Source: Bacillales bacterium UBA5348
Lineage (GTDB): Bacteria > Bacillota_I > Bacilli_A > RF39 > UBA660
Length of the DNA: 64,000 nt
Reading direction: 5' to 3'
Assembly (NCBI GenBank): GCA_002411005.1
Contig: DHQC01000009.1
Span: 36,404 to 100,403, forward strand
A program made the translations under genes and the position numbers. The notes below the pieces were generated by a model, which did no database searches, had not been told where the DNA came from, and saw nothing but the letters and a program-made list of their open reading frames with translations. This document shows positions 19,214-28,393 of the stretch, in pieces (position 1 is the stretch's first letter; every line of letters begins with the position of its first letter).

Positions 19214-20326
19214 TCATTTGTTTATTTCTATAGGAGTTGGATTTAAGTATACGAGATATGAAGCTCCGCAATCTCTAATATATCCACTTTTCTTATAAAA
19301 AGTCGACTCTTCTTTAGCAAATGGATTTCTATTTATAAATTCAAAATGAATAGTTTGAGAAGTATAATTATATTTATTTAATAGTACCTTAACATTATTA
19401 TATGTTTCTATTAAATCATTGCAAAAGTCTACTTCATTATTAGATATATTATCATCTATAATTAATAATTCTATATTATCAATTGTATTATAATCTTCAT
19501 TTAACTTAAAATCATTTATAGAAAAAAAATTATTATCAATTAAATTATTAAATTCTTTCTTTATTTTATTCTTTTGTTTTTCTTCTTCATTATTTTGATC
19601 TGTTTCCACTGTTTTATCAGCATCATATCCTCGTTTTATGTTTTTATCTTTTAAACTAATAAAAGGTAGCATTGAAATTATTGATAATATTGACAAAACT
19701 GATATTAAAATTATGACAACTGTTTTTTTCTTTATGGTATTATTATCTAACTTATTTCCTATTATAGCTAAAAATATCAAAAGTATGATTAGTGGCCAAA
19801 GGAAAACGATTAAATACCACATTATCATATGTCCGCAATATATTATGCCTATATTTAAAAATATAATAGTTAATGTAAATAAAGATAAGGGATAATAAAC
19901 TTTTCTATAATTAGTTTTTCTTATAATTAAGGTAACAAGCATAATTAAATATGCTATTAAAATAGTCCATACGTAAACAGCTATTTGATTTGCTATTTCA
20001 GAAGTTATTACACCTGATGAAGCTTCATTTCCAGGATATGCACTAGGAAATTTAGAAGTCATACTATTTACAAAAGGAAGTAAAAATATACATGTTAAAA
20101 TAGAAAAAATAATAAAAAGTTTATATAATTTAGTTTTTTCTTTAAGATTTATTGTATCTTGTTTTTGTATATTATTATCTATTATAAAATTATTAGGTTG
20201 ATCTTTTTTAGTTTTATTTATAACAAAACTTATAAATTTTATAATTAAAAATATTACTATTGCATATCCTATAAGAGGAAACAAAAGTAATCCTAATGCC
20301 CACATTCCATTATCCATTAATATCAC
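19214..20326 (-). CDS. Multi-pass membrane protein, function unknown
   Basis: Long ORF with at least 6 hydrophobic helices and a C-terminal soluble domain. No recognisable motif. Confidence 0.5.
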   Translation of the reverse strand: MILMDNGMWALGLLLFPLIGYAIVIFLIIKFISFVINKTKKDQPNNFIIDNNIQKQDTINLKEKTKLYKLFIIFSILTCIFLLPFVNSMTSKFPSAYPGNEASSGVITSEIANQIAVYVWTILIAYLIMLVTLIIRKTNYRKVYYPLSLFTLTIIFLNIGIIYCGHMIMWYLIVFLWPLIILLIFLAIIGNKLDNNTIKKKTVVIILISVLSILSIISMLPFISLKDKNIKRGYDADKTVETDQNNEEEKQKNKIKKEFNNLIDNNFFSINDFKLNEDYNTIDNIELLIIDDNISNNEVDFCNDLIETYNNVKVLLNKYNYTSQTIHFEFINRNPFAKEESTFYKKSGYIRDCGASYLVYLNPTPIEINK

Positions 20327-20466
20327 TCCTATCTTATAACAAAATTATACTATAAAACACAAAAAATTGACATACTTGTATTGAAAAAATATAAAATTAT
20401 ATATATAATATTTATAGAAAGGGAACAAAGTTCGTAAGCTGTAGCTTTATCGCTCCATAAGACAAC

Positions 20467-20493
20467 AAAACCTTGAATAATCAAGGTTTTTTT
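20467..20493. terminator. Stem-loop terminator (AAAACCTTGA-ATAA-TCAAGGTTTT plus a T-run on the + strand)
   Basis: A 10-bp perfect stem. The T-run is strong on the + strand and weaker on the - strand. Confidence 0.6.
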
Positions 20494-20580
20494 ACGCTTA
20501 AATATTGAATGGGTAAGAATTAGGTATAAATTATTCGAACTTTATGTTTAAAGAATTGAGAAGAGGGGAGCTATATTTAA

Positions 20581-21045
20581 CTAATCTTTTAAGAGTATGT
20601 ATTTTGTTAACCATTTTTTAAGGTTTTCAACAGATTCATAATGAGTAGCGTTTTTATCTGAATTAGCGTCTAAATAGGCAATAACCTTTCCTTTGTGGTA
20701 AATAACCACAGAAGGACAATATTTAACGTGCTCAGCTATGCTAGTATCTTTTATACTAGAAAATAACATTTTGTAAAAACTCATTTTATAAGTATTTGTA
20801 AATTCTGTTATATAATTATCAAGATCATAAGAAGCTGCACAAAGTGGTTGATAAACGAAAACAATAAATGTCTTTTTATCTCGCTCTAAAGCCTCAAGTT
20901 TCTCACTATCAAGTTCTATTAAAGAACTATTACCATAATATTCATCATCCAAATAAAAGGATTGTTCTTTTTGGAGATGCATTATTAATAGAAAGGCAAT
21001 TACCGCTAGTAATAATATTGAGAGAGTTAATAATATCTTTTTCAT
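20581..21045 (-). CDS. Membrane-anchored thioredoxin-fold protein (CxxS motif)
   Basis: N-terminal signal/anchor, then FIVFVYQPLCAASYDL...CPSVVIYHKGK, typical of a thioredoxin-like fold. Confidence 0.55.
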   Translation of the reverse strand: MKKILLTLSILLLAVIAFLLIMHLQKEQSFYLDDEYYGNSSLIELDSEKLEALERDKKTFIVFVYQPLCAASYDLDNYITEFTNTYKMSFYKMLFSSIKDTSIAEHVKYCPSVVIYHKGKVIAYLDANSDKNATHYESVENLKKWLTKYILLKD

Positions 21046-21740
21046 TAGTTTACCTTATGTAAGACGTCAACATCAATATCATGATAAGTTACTTTCCAGA
21101 AGTCATAACTAGTCTTGTTAGAAGAAATGTTTTTAATTGCAATATTATTATTACCGTTATAATACCAATGACCGCCAGTATTATATATTTTATCTTTATC
21201 CCAACCAAGCTCAATTAACATGGATTTCATCATGCCGGAGTATCCTCCACCGCCACACATTAGAAATATATTTTTATCTTTAGGGAAATAGTATTCTAAG
21301 AACTCCATAGACTCTTCATAATTAGCAACATATTCACCTTCGTCGGTTAAAGTAAACAGAGTTGGTCCTTGATAAGTATTTCCAACCGTTTCTGGTAAAC
21401 CTGTTACATTAAGCAGAAGTGGAAATGGAACCACTTCGAAACCTTTAATAATGCCGGATAAATATGAATCCCCACCAATACTTTCGTAATCTCCTTCATC
21501 AATTAACATTCTCATATCACGATAAACACTATCATTACGATTTAGATAATTATCAATAGTTTCTTCATTTATGTTTTTATCAATCCCGAAATTCGTTCCA
21601 CGAATCCCCTCTGTAATTTCAGGTTTTGGTAACTCTAGTTGCTTACTATTATCATCATTAAATATAAAATATGAGGTTACACCACCTACCACAAATGTTA
21701 ATAATATAACAATAGCTACAATTATATTACTATTTTTCAT
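21045..21740 (-). CDS. Membrane-anchored rhodanese-like domain protein
   Basis: Active-site loop MCGGGGYSG followed by LGW...IYNTGG. The ATG at 21740 is preceded by AAGGAGG. One-base overlap with the downstream thioredoxin-fold gene. Confidence 0.55.
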   Translation of the reverse strand: MKNSNIIVAIVILLTFVVGGVTSYFIFNDDNSKQLELPKPEITEGIRGTNFGIDKNINEETIDNYLNRNDSVYRDMRMLIDEGDYESIGGDSYLSGIIKGFEVVPFPLLLNVTGLPETVGNTYQGPTLFTLTDEGEYVANYEESMEFLEYYFPKDKNIFLMCGGGGYSGMMKSMLIELGWDKDKIYNTGGHWYYNGNNNIAIKNISSNKTSYDFWKVTYHDIDVDVLHKVN

Positions 21741-21940
21741 ACATTTATTCCTCCTTATATACAAAAAAATATTACGCTGTTCATCAATCTTGTTGTTAGA
21801 AAAAACTATTCTTATATATTACTTAGTATAACTTTATTGTTAACAAGTGTCAATTATGTTATTAAAAGAAAACGTGTAATGGGTTGAAAAATTTGTTCAT
21901 ATGTGTTAATATATGCAGTCACAAAGGGGAATGTGGTAAT

Positions 21941-22828
21941 ATGAAGGTTTTAAATATAAGTAAAAAACAATTTTCAACTCTCGAAAAATACACCCTTCCA
22001 AAAGAAGTTACGAATACAGAATGTGAATTATTTATCGTAAATGATCGTGTGAAGTGGGAAAGAAAACGTCTTCTTTTGAAAAAACTCTATATTGATGAGG
22101 GCGAATATTTTGGTAATAAGTTAATGACTATTAATACTCTGATTAATAGCAGAGAAGAACTTGGGACTGAAAGATTAGTCTTACCAGAAAAGCTTGCCGT
22201 TGTTAATAAAAAAGTAGTTGGCTTTACTATGCCATTGATTGAAAATAGTACTAATTTATTATCTATGTTACGTTCTTATGATGTTTCGAACGAAGAGAAA
22301 ATTGGCTATTTAAAGCAAGTTGGCTTAGTTTTAAAACATATTGAATCGGTTGAGCAGACATTAAAAGGTTTTTTCTTAGGAGATGTTCACGAAGGTAATT
22401 TTATTGTGGATGATGAAACTAAAACGGTCCGTGCTGTTGATTTAGACAGTTGCAAAACAGAGAACAATCATCCATTTGCCTCAAAATATTTAGCTACTAA
22501 TCCAAATCTACAGATGTTACCACAGAAATATCCTAAGAATGCAAAAGGAATAGGAATTCCAAATGCTAATACAGATTTGCTATGCTATAACATGATGGTT
22601 CTTAATTATATATCCCATGGTCCAATTTACAATATGCCATTAGAGGAGTTTTATATGTATCTTCAACATTTATGTGATGAAGGCTTTCCTAATGAATTAT
22701 TAGATTGCTTTTGTAGATTATATAGTTATGCAGATAATTATTCGTCAATGGATTTGCTAGATCAGATTCCAACTAATTTAAATCGTGTTAATTATTCAGT
22801 ATTTAAGTATAAAACAAGAAAAAGATAA
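21941..22828 (+). CDS. Protein kinase-like / phosphotransferase-fold protein
   Basis: Catalytic-loop-like FLGDVHEGNFIVDD and VDLDS (HxDxxxxN ... D motif arrangement). Start moved to the ATG at 21941, which is preceded by AAGGGGA. Confidence 0.5.
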   Translation: MKVLNISKKQFSTLEKYTLPKEVTNTECELFIVNDRVKWERKRLLLKKLYIDEGEYFGNKLMTINTLINSREELGTERLVLPEKLAVVNKKVVGFTMPLIENSTNLLSMLRSYDVSNEEKIGYLKQVGLVLKHIESVEQTLKGFFLGDVHEGNFIVDDETKTVRAVDLDSCKTENNHPFASKYLATNPNLQMLPQKYPKNAKGIGIPNANTDLLCYNMMVLNYISHGPIYNMPLEEFYMYLQHLCDEGFPNELLDCFCRLYSYADNYSSMDLLDQIPTNLNRVNYSVFKYKTRKR

Positions 22829-22863
22829 TATTTACAATACAAAACAAATTTGACAAAATTAGA

Positions 22864-22898
22864 AGACACTAGAATTAATTTCTAGTGTCTATATTTTT
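22864..22898 (+). terminator. Rho-independent terminator
   Basis: AGACACTAGAA-TTAAT-TTCTAGTGTCT followed by ATATTTTT. Confidence 0.7.
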
Positions 22899-22996
22899 AT
22901 ATTAGTTATAAAAATATGTTATTTCCTAAAAAAAGCTAAAAAATCATGATATAATTGTTTTGATATTTAAATTATAGTTAAATGTTGGGAGCTAAT

Positions 22997-23299
22997 ATGA
23001 AAAAATTTACTATGAGAGACGAACAATTTATTTGTGAAAATTGCGGTGTAGAGGTGGAAATACTTGGTTATACAGCAAGAGATCATTGCCCGGTTTGTTT
23101 ATATTCTAAACATGTAGATATAATGCCTGGTGATAGACAAAATAATTGTCATGGTTTATTATGTCCTATAGGTGTGAAAAAATTTAAAGATACCTATAAA
23201 ATCCTTTATCGATGTAGTCGATGTCATAAACAGCATAAAAACATCGCAGCTAAAGATGATAACATGGATGAAATAATAAAATTATCAACAAATATCTAA
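22997..23299 (+). CDS. RNHCP domain protein (multiple Cys-pair zinc-ribbon motifs)
   Basis: FICENCG...ARDHCPVCLYSKH...NCHGLLCP...CSRCHKQH. Confidence 0.65.
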   Translation: MKKFTMRDEQFICENCGVEVEILGYTARDHCPVCLYSKHVDIMPGDRQNNCHGLLCPIGVKKFKDTYKILYRCSRCHKQHKNIAAKDDNMDEIIKLSTNI

Positions 23300-23317
23300 A
23301 ATAAAGGACGTGTAGAA

Positions 23318-24085
23318 ATGAATTTAAATTTTATATTATCAATTCTTTTGGTAACAATGGCAGGGTTATCAACTCTAATAGGAAGTTTGTTAATAATTAA
23401 ATCGAAAAATAAAAGTTATAAAAAATTAGGCTTTTTACTTGGCTTAGCAGTAGGAATAATGCTTTGTATATGTATAAAAGAATTGTTACCTGAATCAGAA
23501 GAATTACTATCAAGTGTTTATAATTATCCTATGTCTTCAATTATTTTGGTTGTTTCTTTGTTTGTAGGTTTTGGTTTGTCAATGATATTGGATAAATTGT
23601 TACATCATCATGACGAAGAAGAGCACCATGATGAACATTGTCAACTTTGTAATGTTGGTATCACAACCGCATTAACGATGGCTCTTCATAAATTACCTGA
23701 AGGAATAGCTATCTTTATTGCAATATATAGTGATTATATGATAGCTATACCTTTCGCTTTAGCTATTGCAATTCATCATATACCTGAGGGAATGATTATT
23801 TCAGCCCCTATATATTATGGAACAGGTGATAAAAAGAAAGCACTTCTTTATTCTGGCTTAACGGGCCTAGTTTTACCAATATCAGGTATCATAGGATTTC
23901 TCTTTTTTCAACCAATATTTACTGATTTAATTGAAGGAATTTTACTTGCTATAACCTCTTCAATTATGTTATATATTACATTTAAGGAAATAATGCCTCA
24001 AGCTTTTAAATATGGTGGTAAAACAACTACTGTATTTGCAGCTATTCTAGGTATTATATTTATATATTTAATTGAGTTAATATAA
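23318..24085 (+). CDS. zupT: ZIP family metal (zinc) transporter
   Basis: Multi-TM protein with a His-rich loop (HHHDEEEHHDEH) and conserved HKLPEG / HHIPEG motifs. Confidence 0.8.
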   Translation: MNLNFILSILLVTMAGLSTLIGSLLIIKSKNKSYKKLGFLLGLAVGIMLCICIKELLPESEELLSSVYNYPMSSIILVVSLFVGFGLSMILDKLLHHHDEEEHHDEHCQLCNVGITTALTMALHKLPEGIAIFIAIYSDYMIAIPFALAIAIHHIPEGMIISAPIYYGTGDKKKALLYSGLTGLVLPISGIIGFLFFQPIFTDLIEGILLAITSSIMLYITFKEIMPQAFKYGGKTTTVFAAILGIIFIYLIELI

Positions 24086-24110
24086 ATTATAAAATAAAGG
24101 AGGATATAAT

Positions 24111-25229
24111 ATGATTTATTTAGATTATTCAGCTACCACTCCTGTAAATGAGGAAGTATTAGAAACATTTATAGAAGCGACAAGAAAATATATTGGTAAC
24201 CCAAATTCACTTCATCGTTTAGGTGTTGAGGCAAACACTTTAATAGAACAAGCAACAGAGCAAATAGCAAATATATTAAAGATAAAACCAAGTGAAATTA
24301 TTTACACAAGCGGTTCCTCTGAATCGAATAATTTAGCAATTAAAGGTATTACTTTAAAATATCAAAATAGAGGCAAACATATAATTACAACAATGTTAGA
24401 ACATTCATCTATTATTGGCCCTTTGAACTATTTACAAGATAATGGCTTTGAGGTTGATTTTGTAAATATTTTAGAAAATGGCCAAGTTGATATTAATCAT
24501 TTAAAGAGTTTATTAAGAGATGACACGATTTTAGTGTCTATTTGTGCAGTTGATAGTGAGATAGGCATAAGGCAACCTGTTGAAGAGATAGGATTGTTAT
24601 TAAAAGATTATCCTAAGATTTATTTTCATGTCGATATGACTCAATGTCTTGGTAAGGATAATATTGACTTAACAAATATAGATTTAGCAAGCTTTTCTGC
24701 CCATAAAATTTATGGTATAAAAGGAATAGGCGGTTTAATTAAGAAAGATACAATAATGTTAGAACCAATTATTCATGGTGGTAAAAGTACTACTGTCTTT
24801 AGAAGTGGAACGCCAACAGTTGGTCTCGTAGCATCTTTATCAAAAGCATTAAGGCTTTCAATGATTGATTTTGATAAAAGAAAGGATTATATTAAAACAT
24901 TAAATACGAAATTAAAGAATTTTCTTTTGAATTATGATAAAGTTGTAATTAATAGTAATGATTATTCGATACCAAATGTTTTGAATTTTAGTGTCATTGG
25001 AACAAAGCCTGAAACATTCCTTCATGCTCTTGAAGAAGATGAAATATATATATCAACCAAAAGCGCTTGTTCAGCAGAGGATACAATTTCAAAATCTGTA
25101 TATGCGCTTAGCAAAAGAGAAGAAGTCGCTAACTCTACATTACGTATATCATTATCATATTTAACGAGTGATGAAGAAATAGAAGCATTTATGGTATCGT
25201 TTGATAAAAATTATAAAAGATTAATTTGA
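24111..25229 (+). CDS. Cysteine desulfurase (class V aminotransferase, NifS/IscS-like)
   Basis: IYLDYSATTPV N-terminus, PLP-lysine motif SAHKIYGIKG, and SACS active-site Cys region. Confidence 0.85.
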   Translation: MIYLDYSATTPVNEEVLETFIEATRKYIGNPNSLHRLGVEANTLIEQATEQIANILKIKPSEIIYTSGSSESNNLAIKGITLKYQNRGKHIITTMLEHSSIIGPLNYLQDNGFEVDFVNILENGQVDINHLKSLLRDDTILVSICAVDSEIGIRQPVEEIGLLLKDYPKIYFHVDMTQCLGKDNIDLTNIDLASFSAHKIYGIKGIGGLIKKDTIMLEPIIHGGKSTTVFRSGTPTVGLVASLSKALRLSMIDFDKRKDYIKTLNTKLKNFLLNYDKVVINSNDYSIPNVLNFSVIGTKPETFLHALEEDEIYISTKSACSAEDTISKSVYALSKREEVANSTLRISLSYLTSDEEIEAFMVSFDKNYKRLI

Positions 25230-25239
25230 GGTGTTGTAA

Positions 25240-25500
25240 ATGAAGGTGATAATAGTAAACGCTGTCTGGTGTCCCTCATGTTTAATAATGAGACCTCGCT
25301 TTGAGAGTGTTAAGAAAGAATGTTCTAATATTGAATTTAAGTTTTATGATATTGATTTGGATGAAGAACCTAAGCTTTATAATACCGGCAATATATTACC
25401 CGTATTTATTTTACTAGACAATAAAAATGTCGAATTAGGAAGATTAATAGGCGAACATAAAAAAGAGGATTTAATTAAACTAATTGAAAATCATTCGTAA
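25240..25500 (+). CDS. Thioredoxin family protein
   Basis: WCPSC active-site motif in an 86-aa thioredoxin-sized protein. Confidence 0.75.
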   Translation: MKVIIVNAVWCPSCLIMRPRFESVKKECSNIEFKFYDIDLDEEPKLYNTGNILPVFILLDNKNVELGRLIGEHKKEDLIKLIENHS

Positions 25501-25515
25501 TATATAGGAGTAGAT

Positions 25516-26733
25516 ATGCAAAAAATAAAGAAGACTATATTTTTATTAGCAATGTTTTTTTTATTGCTACCATTACAATCTAATGCCACTGAGAGCGACG
25601 TAAATATGTATTTATTTTATAGAGATGGATGTTCTCATTGTGATGCTTTAAAAGAAGCTTTAGATGAAATAAAAACAGAATATCCTAATTTAAAAGTCCA
25701 TATGTTTGAAGTAGGAAGAAGTTTTGAAAATAGCACTTTAATGGGAAGGGCTTCAAACCTTTTAGATGCTAATGCAACAGGGGTTCCATTTTCTATTATA
25801 GGGACAAAGACTTTTACTGGTTATTCTGAGGCTATAACTCGTGGTCAAATAGAGTATGCCATAGAATTATATTCTGGTATTTTTTCTTACAGTGATCCTG
25901 TAGGAGAAATGCTTGGTATTGTAACGGACAGTGGTACGTTAACTTATGAAGAAATTATTAACAATAACAACGATAAAAAAGATTATAGTATTGACCTTCC
26001 TTTCACTGGTCAAACTGAAGCTAAGGACCTATCTTTGCCAATAATTTCAATAATTTTAGGTATATTAGATGGATTTAACCCTTGTGCTATGTGGGTATTG
26101 TTATTTTTAATTAGTGTATTATTAGGAATGAAAGATAGAAAGCGTATGTGGATATTAGGCTCTACTTTCTTAATAACATCAGCCGTTATTTATTTAATTT
26201 TTATGTTAGTGTGGCTTAATGTGGCAATATTTATTGGAGCCCTTTGGTGGGTACAATTATTAATTGGTTTATTTGCGCTTGCTGGCGGTTATTTAAATTT
26301 AAGAGCTTATGCTCGAACTAAAGAAGATGGCTGTGAAATTGTTGATGAACGTAAGAGAACAAAAATGTTTACTAAAATAAAAAAGTTTACTAGTGAAAAA
26401 AGTTTCTTATTGGCTTTAATCGGAATTGTTACTTTAGCTATATCAGTGAACTTTATTGAACTTACTTGTTCTGCAGGTTTACCTGTTATCTTTGCTAATA
26501 TTTTAGCAATGAATAATCTCTCAACGATAGAATATTCATTTTATATATTCTTATATATCCTCTTTTTCCTATTAGATGATTTAATAATATTCTTTATTGC
26601 CATGTTTACATTAAAATTAACAGGTATATCTAATAAATATGGTAAGTATTCTCATCTTATTGGGGGAATTTTAATGATTATAATTGGAATTCTATTGATT
26701 TTCAAACCAGAATGGTTGATGTTTAATTTCTAA
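25516..26733 (+). CDS. Secreted thioredoxin/glutaredoxin-like domain fused to a DsbD/CcdA-like membrane domain
   Basis: Signal peptide, CSHC motif, then about 6 TM helices with GFNPCAMWVL and ELTCSAGLP motifs. Confidence 0.65.
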   Translation: MQKIKKTIFLLAMFFLLLPLQSNATESDVNMYLFYRDGCSHCDALKEALDEIKTEYPNLKVHMFEVGRSFENSTLMGRASNLLDANATGVPFSIIGTKTFTGYSEAITRGQIEYAIELYSGIFSYSDPVGEMLGIVTDSGTLTYEEIINNNNDKKDYSIDLPFTGQTEAKDLSLPIISIILGILDGFNPCAMWVLLFLISVLLGMKDRKRMWILGSTFLITSAVIYLIFMLVWLNVAIFIGALWWVQLLIGLFALAGGYLNLRAYARTKEDGCEIVDERKRTKMFTKIKKFTSEKSFLLALIGIVTLAISVNFIELTCSAGLPVIFANILAMNNLSTIEYSFYIFLYILFFLLDDLIIFFIAMFTLKLTGISNKYGKYSHLIGGILMIIIGILLIFKPEWLMFNF

Positions 26734-26802
26734 TTTGATTATATTAATTTAGTTGTGTATAATAAAAATGTTAAACTATTTGAGAGGAAGGGTGTTTCTT
26801 TT

Positions 26803-28251
26803 ATGAGAAAAATTTCAATTAATATGTTATCGAAGGCAGACTCTGTCAAAGGTCAAGGAGTAGGTAGCGCTTATCTTGAACAAGTAAAATTAGTTACTGA
26901 GGGTGCTAGTGATATTTTTGATATTAGAATTAACGATTGGCGAGACGCTGATATAATTCATCATCATACTGTTGACCCGGTTAATTATCTTAGGATGAAA
27001 ACTAACAGAGGTATAAATGTAAGCTATGTTCATTTTTTACCTGAAACCTTAGATGGTTCAATTAATTTACCTAAACCTGCGTTTGAGGTATTCAAAAAAT
27101 ATGTAGTTGATTTTTATAAGAGTGCTGATTATTTAGTTGTTGTAAACCCTATTTTTATTAGTGCTCTAGAAGCTCATGGTATTAAACGCGAAAGTGTAAA
27201 ATACATTCCTAATTATGTATCAAAGGAAGAATTTAACAAAAAGACAGAAAAGGAAGTAAATATTTTACGTGAAGAATTAAATATAGAACCTAGTGATTTT
27301 GTTGTAATAGGTGTTGGTCAGGTTCAAACTCGTAAAGGAGTACTTGATTTTGTGGATGTAGCTTCTAAGATGCCTGATGTAACATTTCTATGGTGTGGAG
27401 GATTTTCTTTTGGAGCCATAACGGATGGTTATAAAGAATTGAAAAAAATCTTTGATAACCCACCAAAGAATGTTAGATTTTTAGGAATTATTCCAAGAGA
27501 GAAAATGAATGATATGTATAATATAGCCGATGTGTTATTTATGCCTTCATATAATGAGTTGTTTCCAATGTCTATATTGGAGGCATCTAATGTTGAAATT
27601 CCAATATTGTTAAGGGATTTAGATTTATATAAAGATATATTATTTGATAATTATTTGATTGGTGATAACAATGATGACTTTATTGCAAAATTAAAATCAT
27701 TAAAGAAAGATAAAAAAGTATATGACAAATATTTTTTAAAATCACGCAATATAAGTATTTTCTATTCTAAAGAAAACGTCTTAAAAATATGGAGAGACTT
27801 TTATACTGAGATTTATAAAAATAAAAAAGTTAATCATTTAGTGTTTTTAAATAAATCGCATTCTTCATTAAAGAAAATAATTGATGGAGATAAAACAATG
27901 ATAGTTCGTGGTGGATCGACAAATAAAAACGTCTTTTCAAAAGTTAAAGCAGGCGATAATTTATATTTTATAGAAAAGGGAACTGCTGGCTATATAGAAT
28001 ACAAAGCAGTTGTTAAAGAAGTTACAACTACAGAAAAACTTGATGAGGAGGCAGCTCTTAATCTTATTTTAGATAAACAAAACGAGTTGTTACTTACTGC
28101 TTCTCAAATAAAAAAATGGGCGACAACATCATATTTAACTTTTATTAGTTTTGACCGAGTAGAGAACAAAGAACCTTTTAAAATTGAAGAATGTAGTTAT
28201 GTTACTATAGATGATTGGATATCAATTAACAGAAAGTTAGATTTAAAGTGA
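26803..28251 (+). CDS. Family 4 glycosyltransferase with an extra C-terminal PUA/ASCH-like domain
   Basis: GT-B/GT4 features (GQVQTRKG, FPMSILEASNVEIPIL E-x7-E region). The C-terminal ~130 aa (KKIIDGDKTMIVRG...KAGDNLYFIEKG) are not part of a normal GT4. Start set at the ATG at 26803, after GAGGAAGGG. Confidence 0.65.
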   Translation: MRKISINMLSKADSVKGQGVGSAYLEQVKLVTEGASDIFDIRINDWRDADIIHHHTVDPVNYLRMKTNRGINVSYVHFLPETLDGSINLPKPAFEVFKKYVVDFYKSADYLVVVNPIFISALEAHGIKRESVKYIPNYVSKEEFNKKTEKEVNILREELNIEPSDFVVIGVGQVQTRKGVLDFVDVASKMPDVTFLWCGGFSFGAITDGYKELKKIFDNPPKNVRFLGIIPREKMNDMYNIADVLFMPSYNELFPMSILEASNVEIPILLRDLDLYKDILFDNYLIGDNNDDFIAKLKSLKKDKKVYDKYFLKSRNISIFYSKENVLKIWRDFYTEIYKNKKVNHLVFLNKSHSSLKKIIDGDKTMIVRGGSTNKNVFSKVKAGDNLYFIEKGTAGYIEYKAVVKEVTTTEKLDEEAALNLILDKQNELLLTASQIKKWATTSYLTFISFDRVENKEPFKIEECSYVTIDDWISINRKLDLK

Positions 28252-28279
28252 ACTGCTTAATTGTTCACTTTAAATCTAA
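28237..28279 (+). terminator. 17-bp perfect inverted repeat overlapping the stop codon of the GT4 gene
   Basis: TTAGATTTAAAGTGAAC-9 nt-GTTCACTTTAAATCTAA. The T-run is poor. Confidence 0.5.
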
Positions 28280-28393
28280 CTCTTCTTTATAATTAAAATT
28301 TTTAATATTAATTATAAAAGATAAAAAGGTATAAAAATCTACCATTTACCATTTACTTATGTTAAAATAATATCAAGAGTAGAGGCGATATTT

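Larger units (their letters stand above)
15949..20330. mobile_element. Degenerate Tn4451-like integrative/mobilisable element remnant (boundaries approximate)
   Basis: Contains a large serine recombinase, tnpV and a MobC-like gene, each with inactivating lesions. Starts immediately 3' of tRNA-Gly. No att sites identified. Confidence 0.45.
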
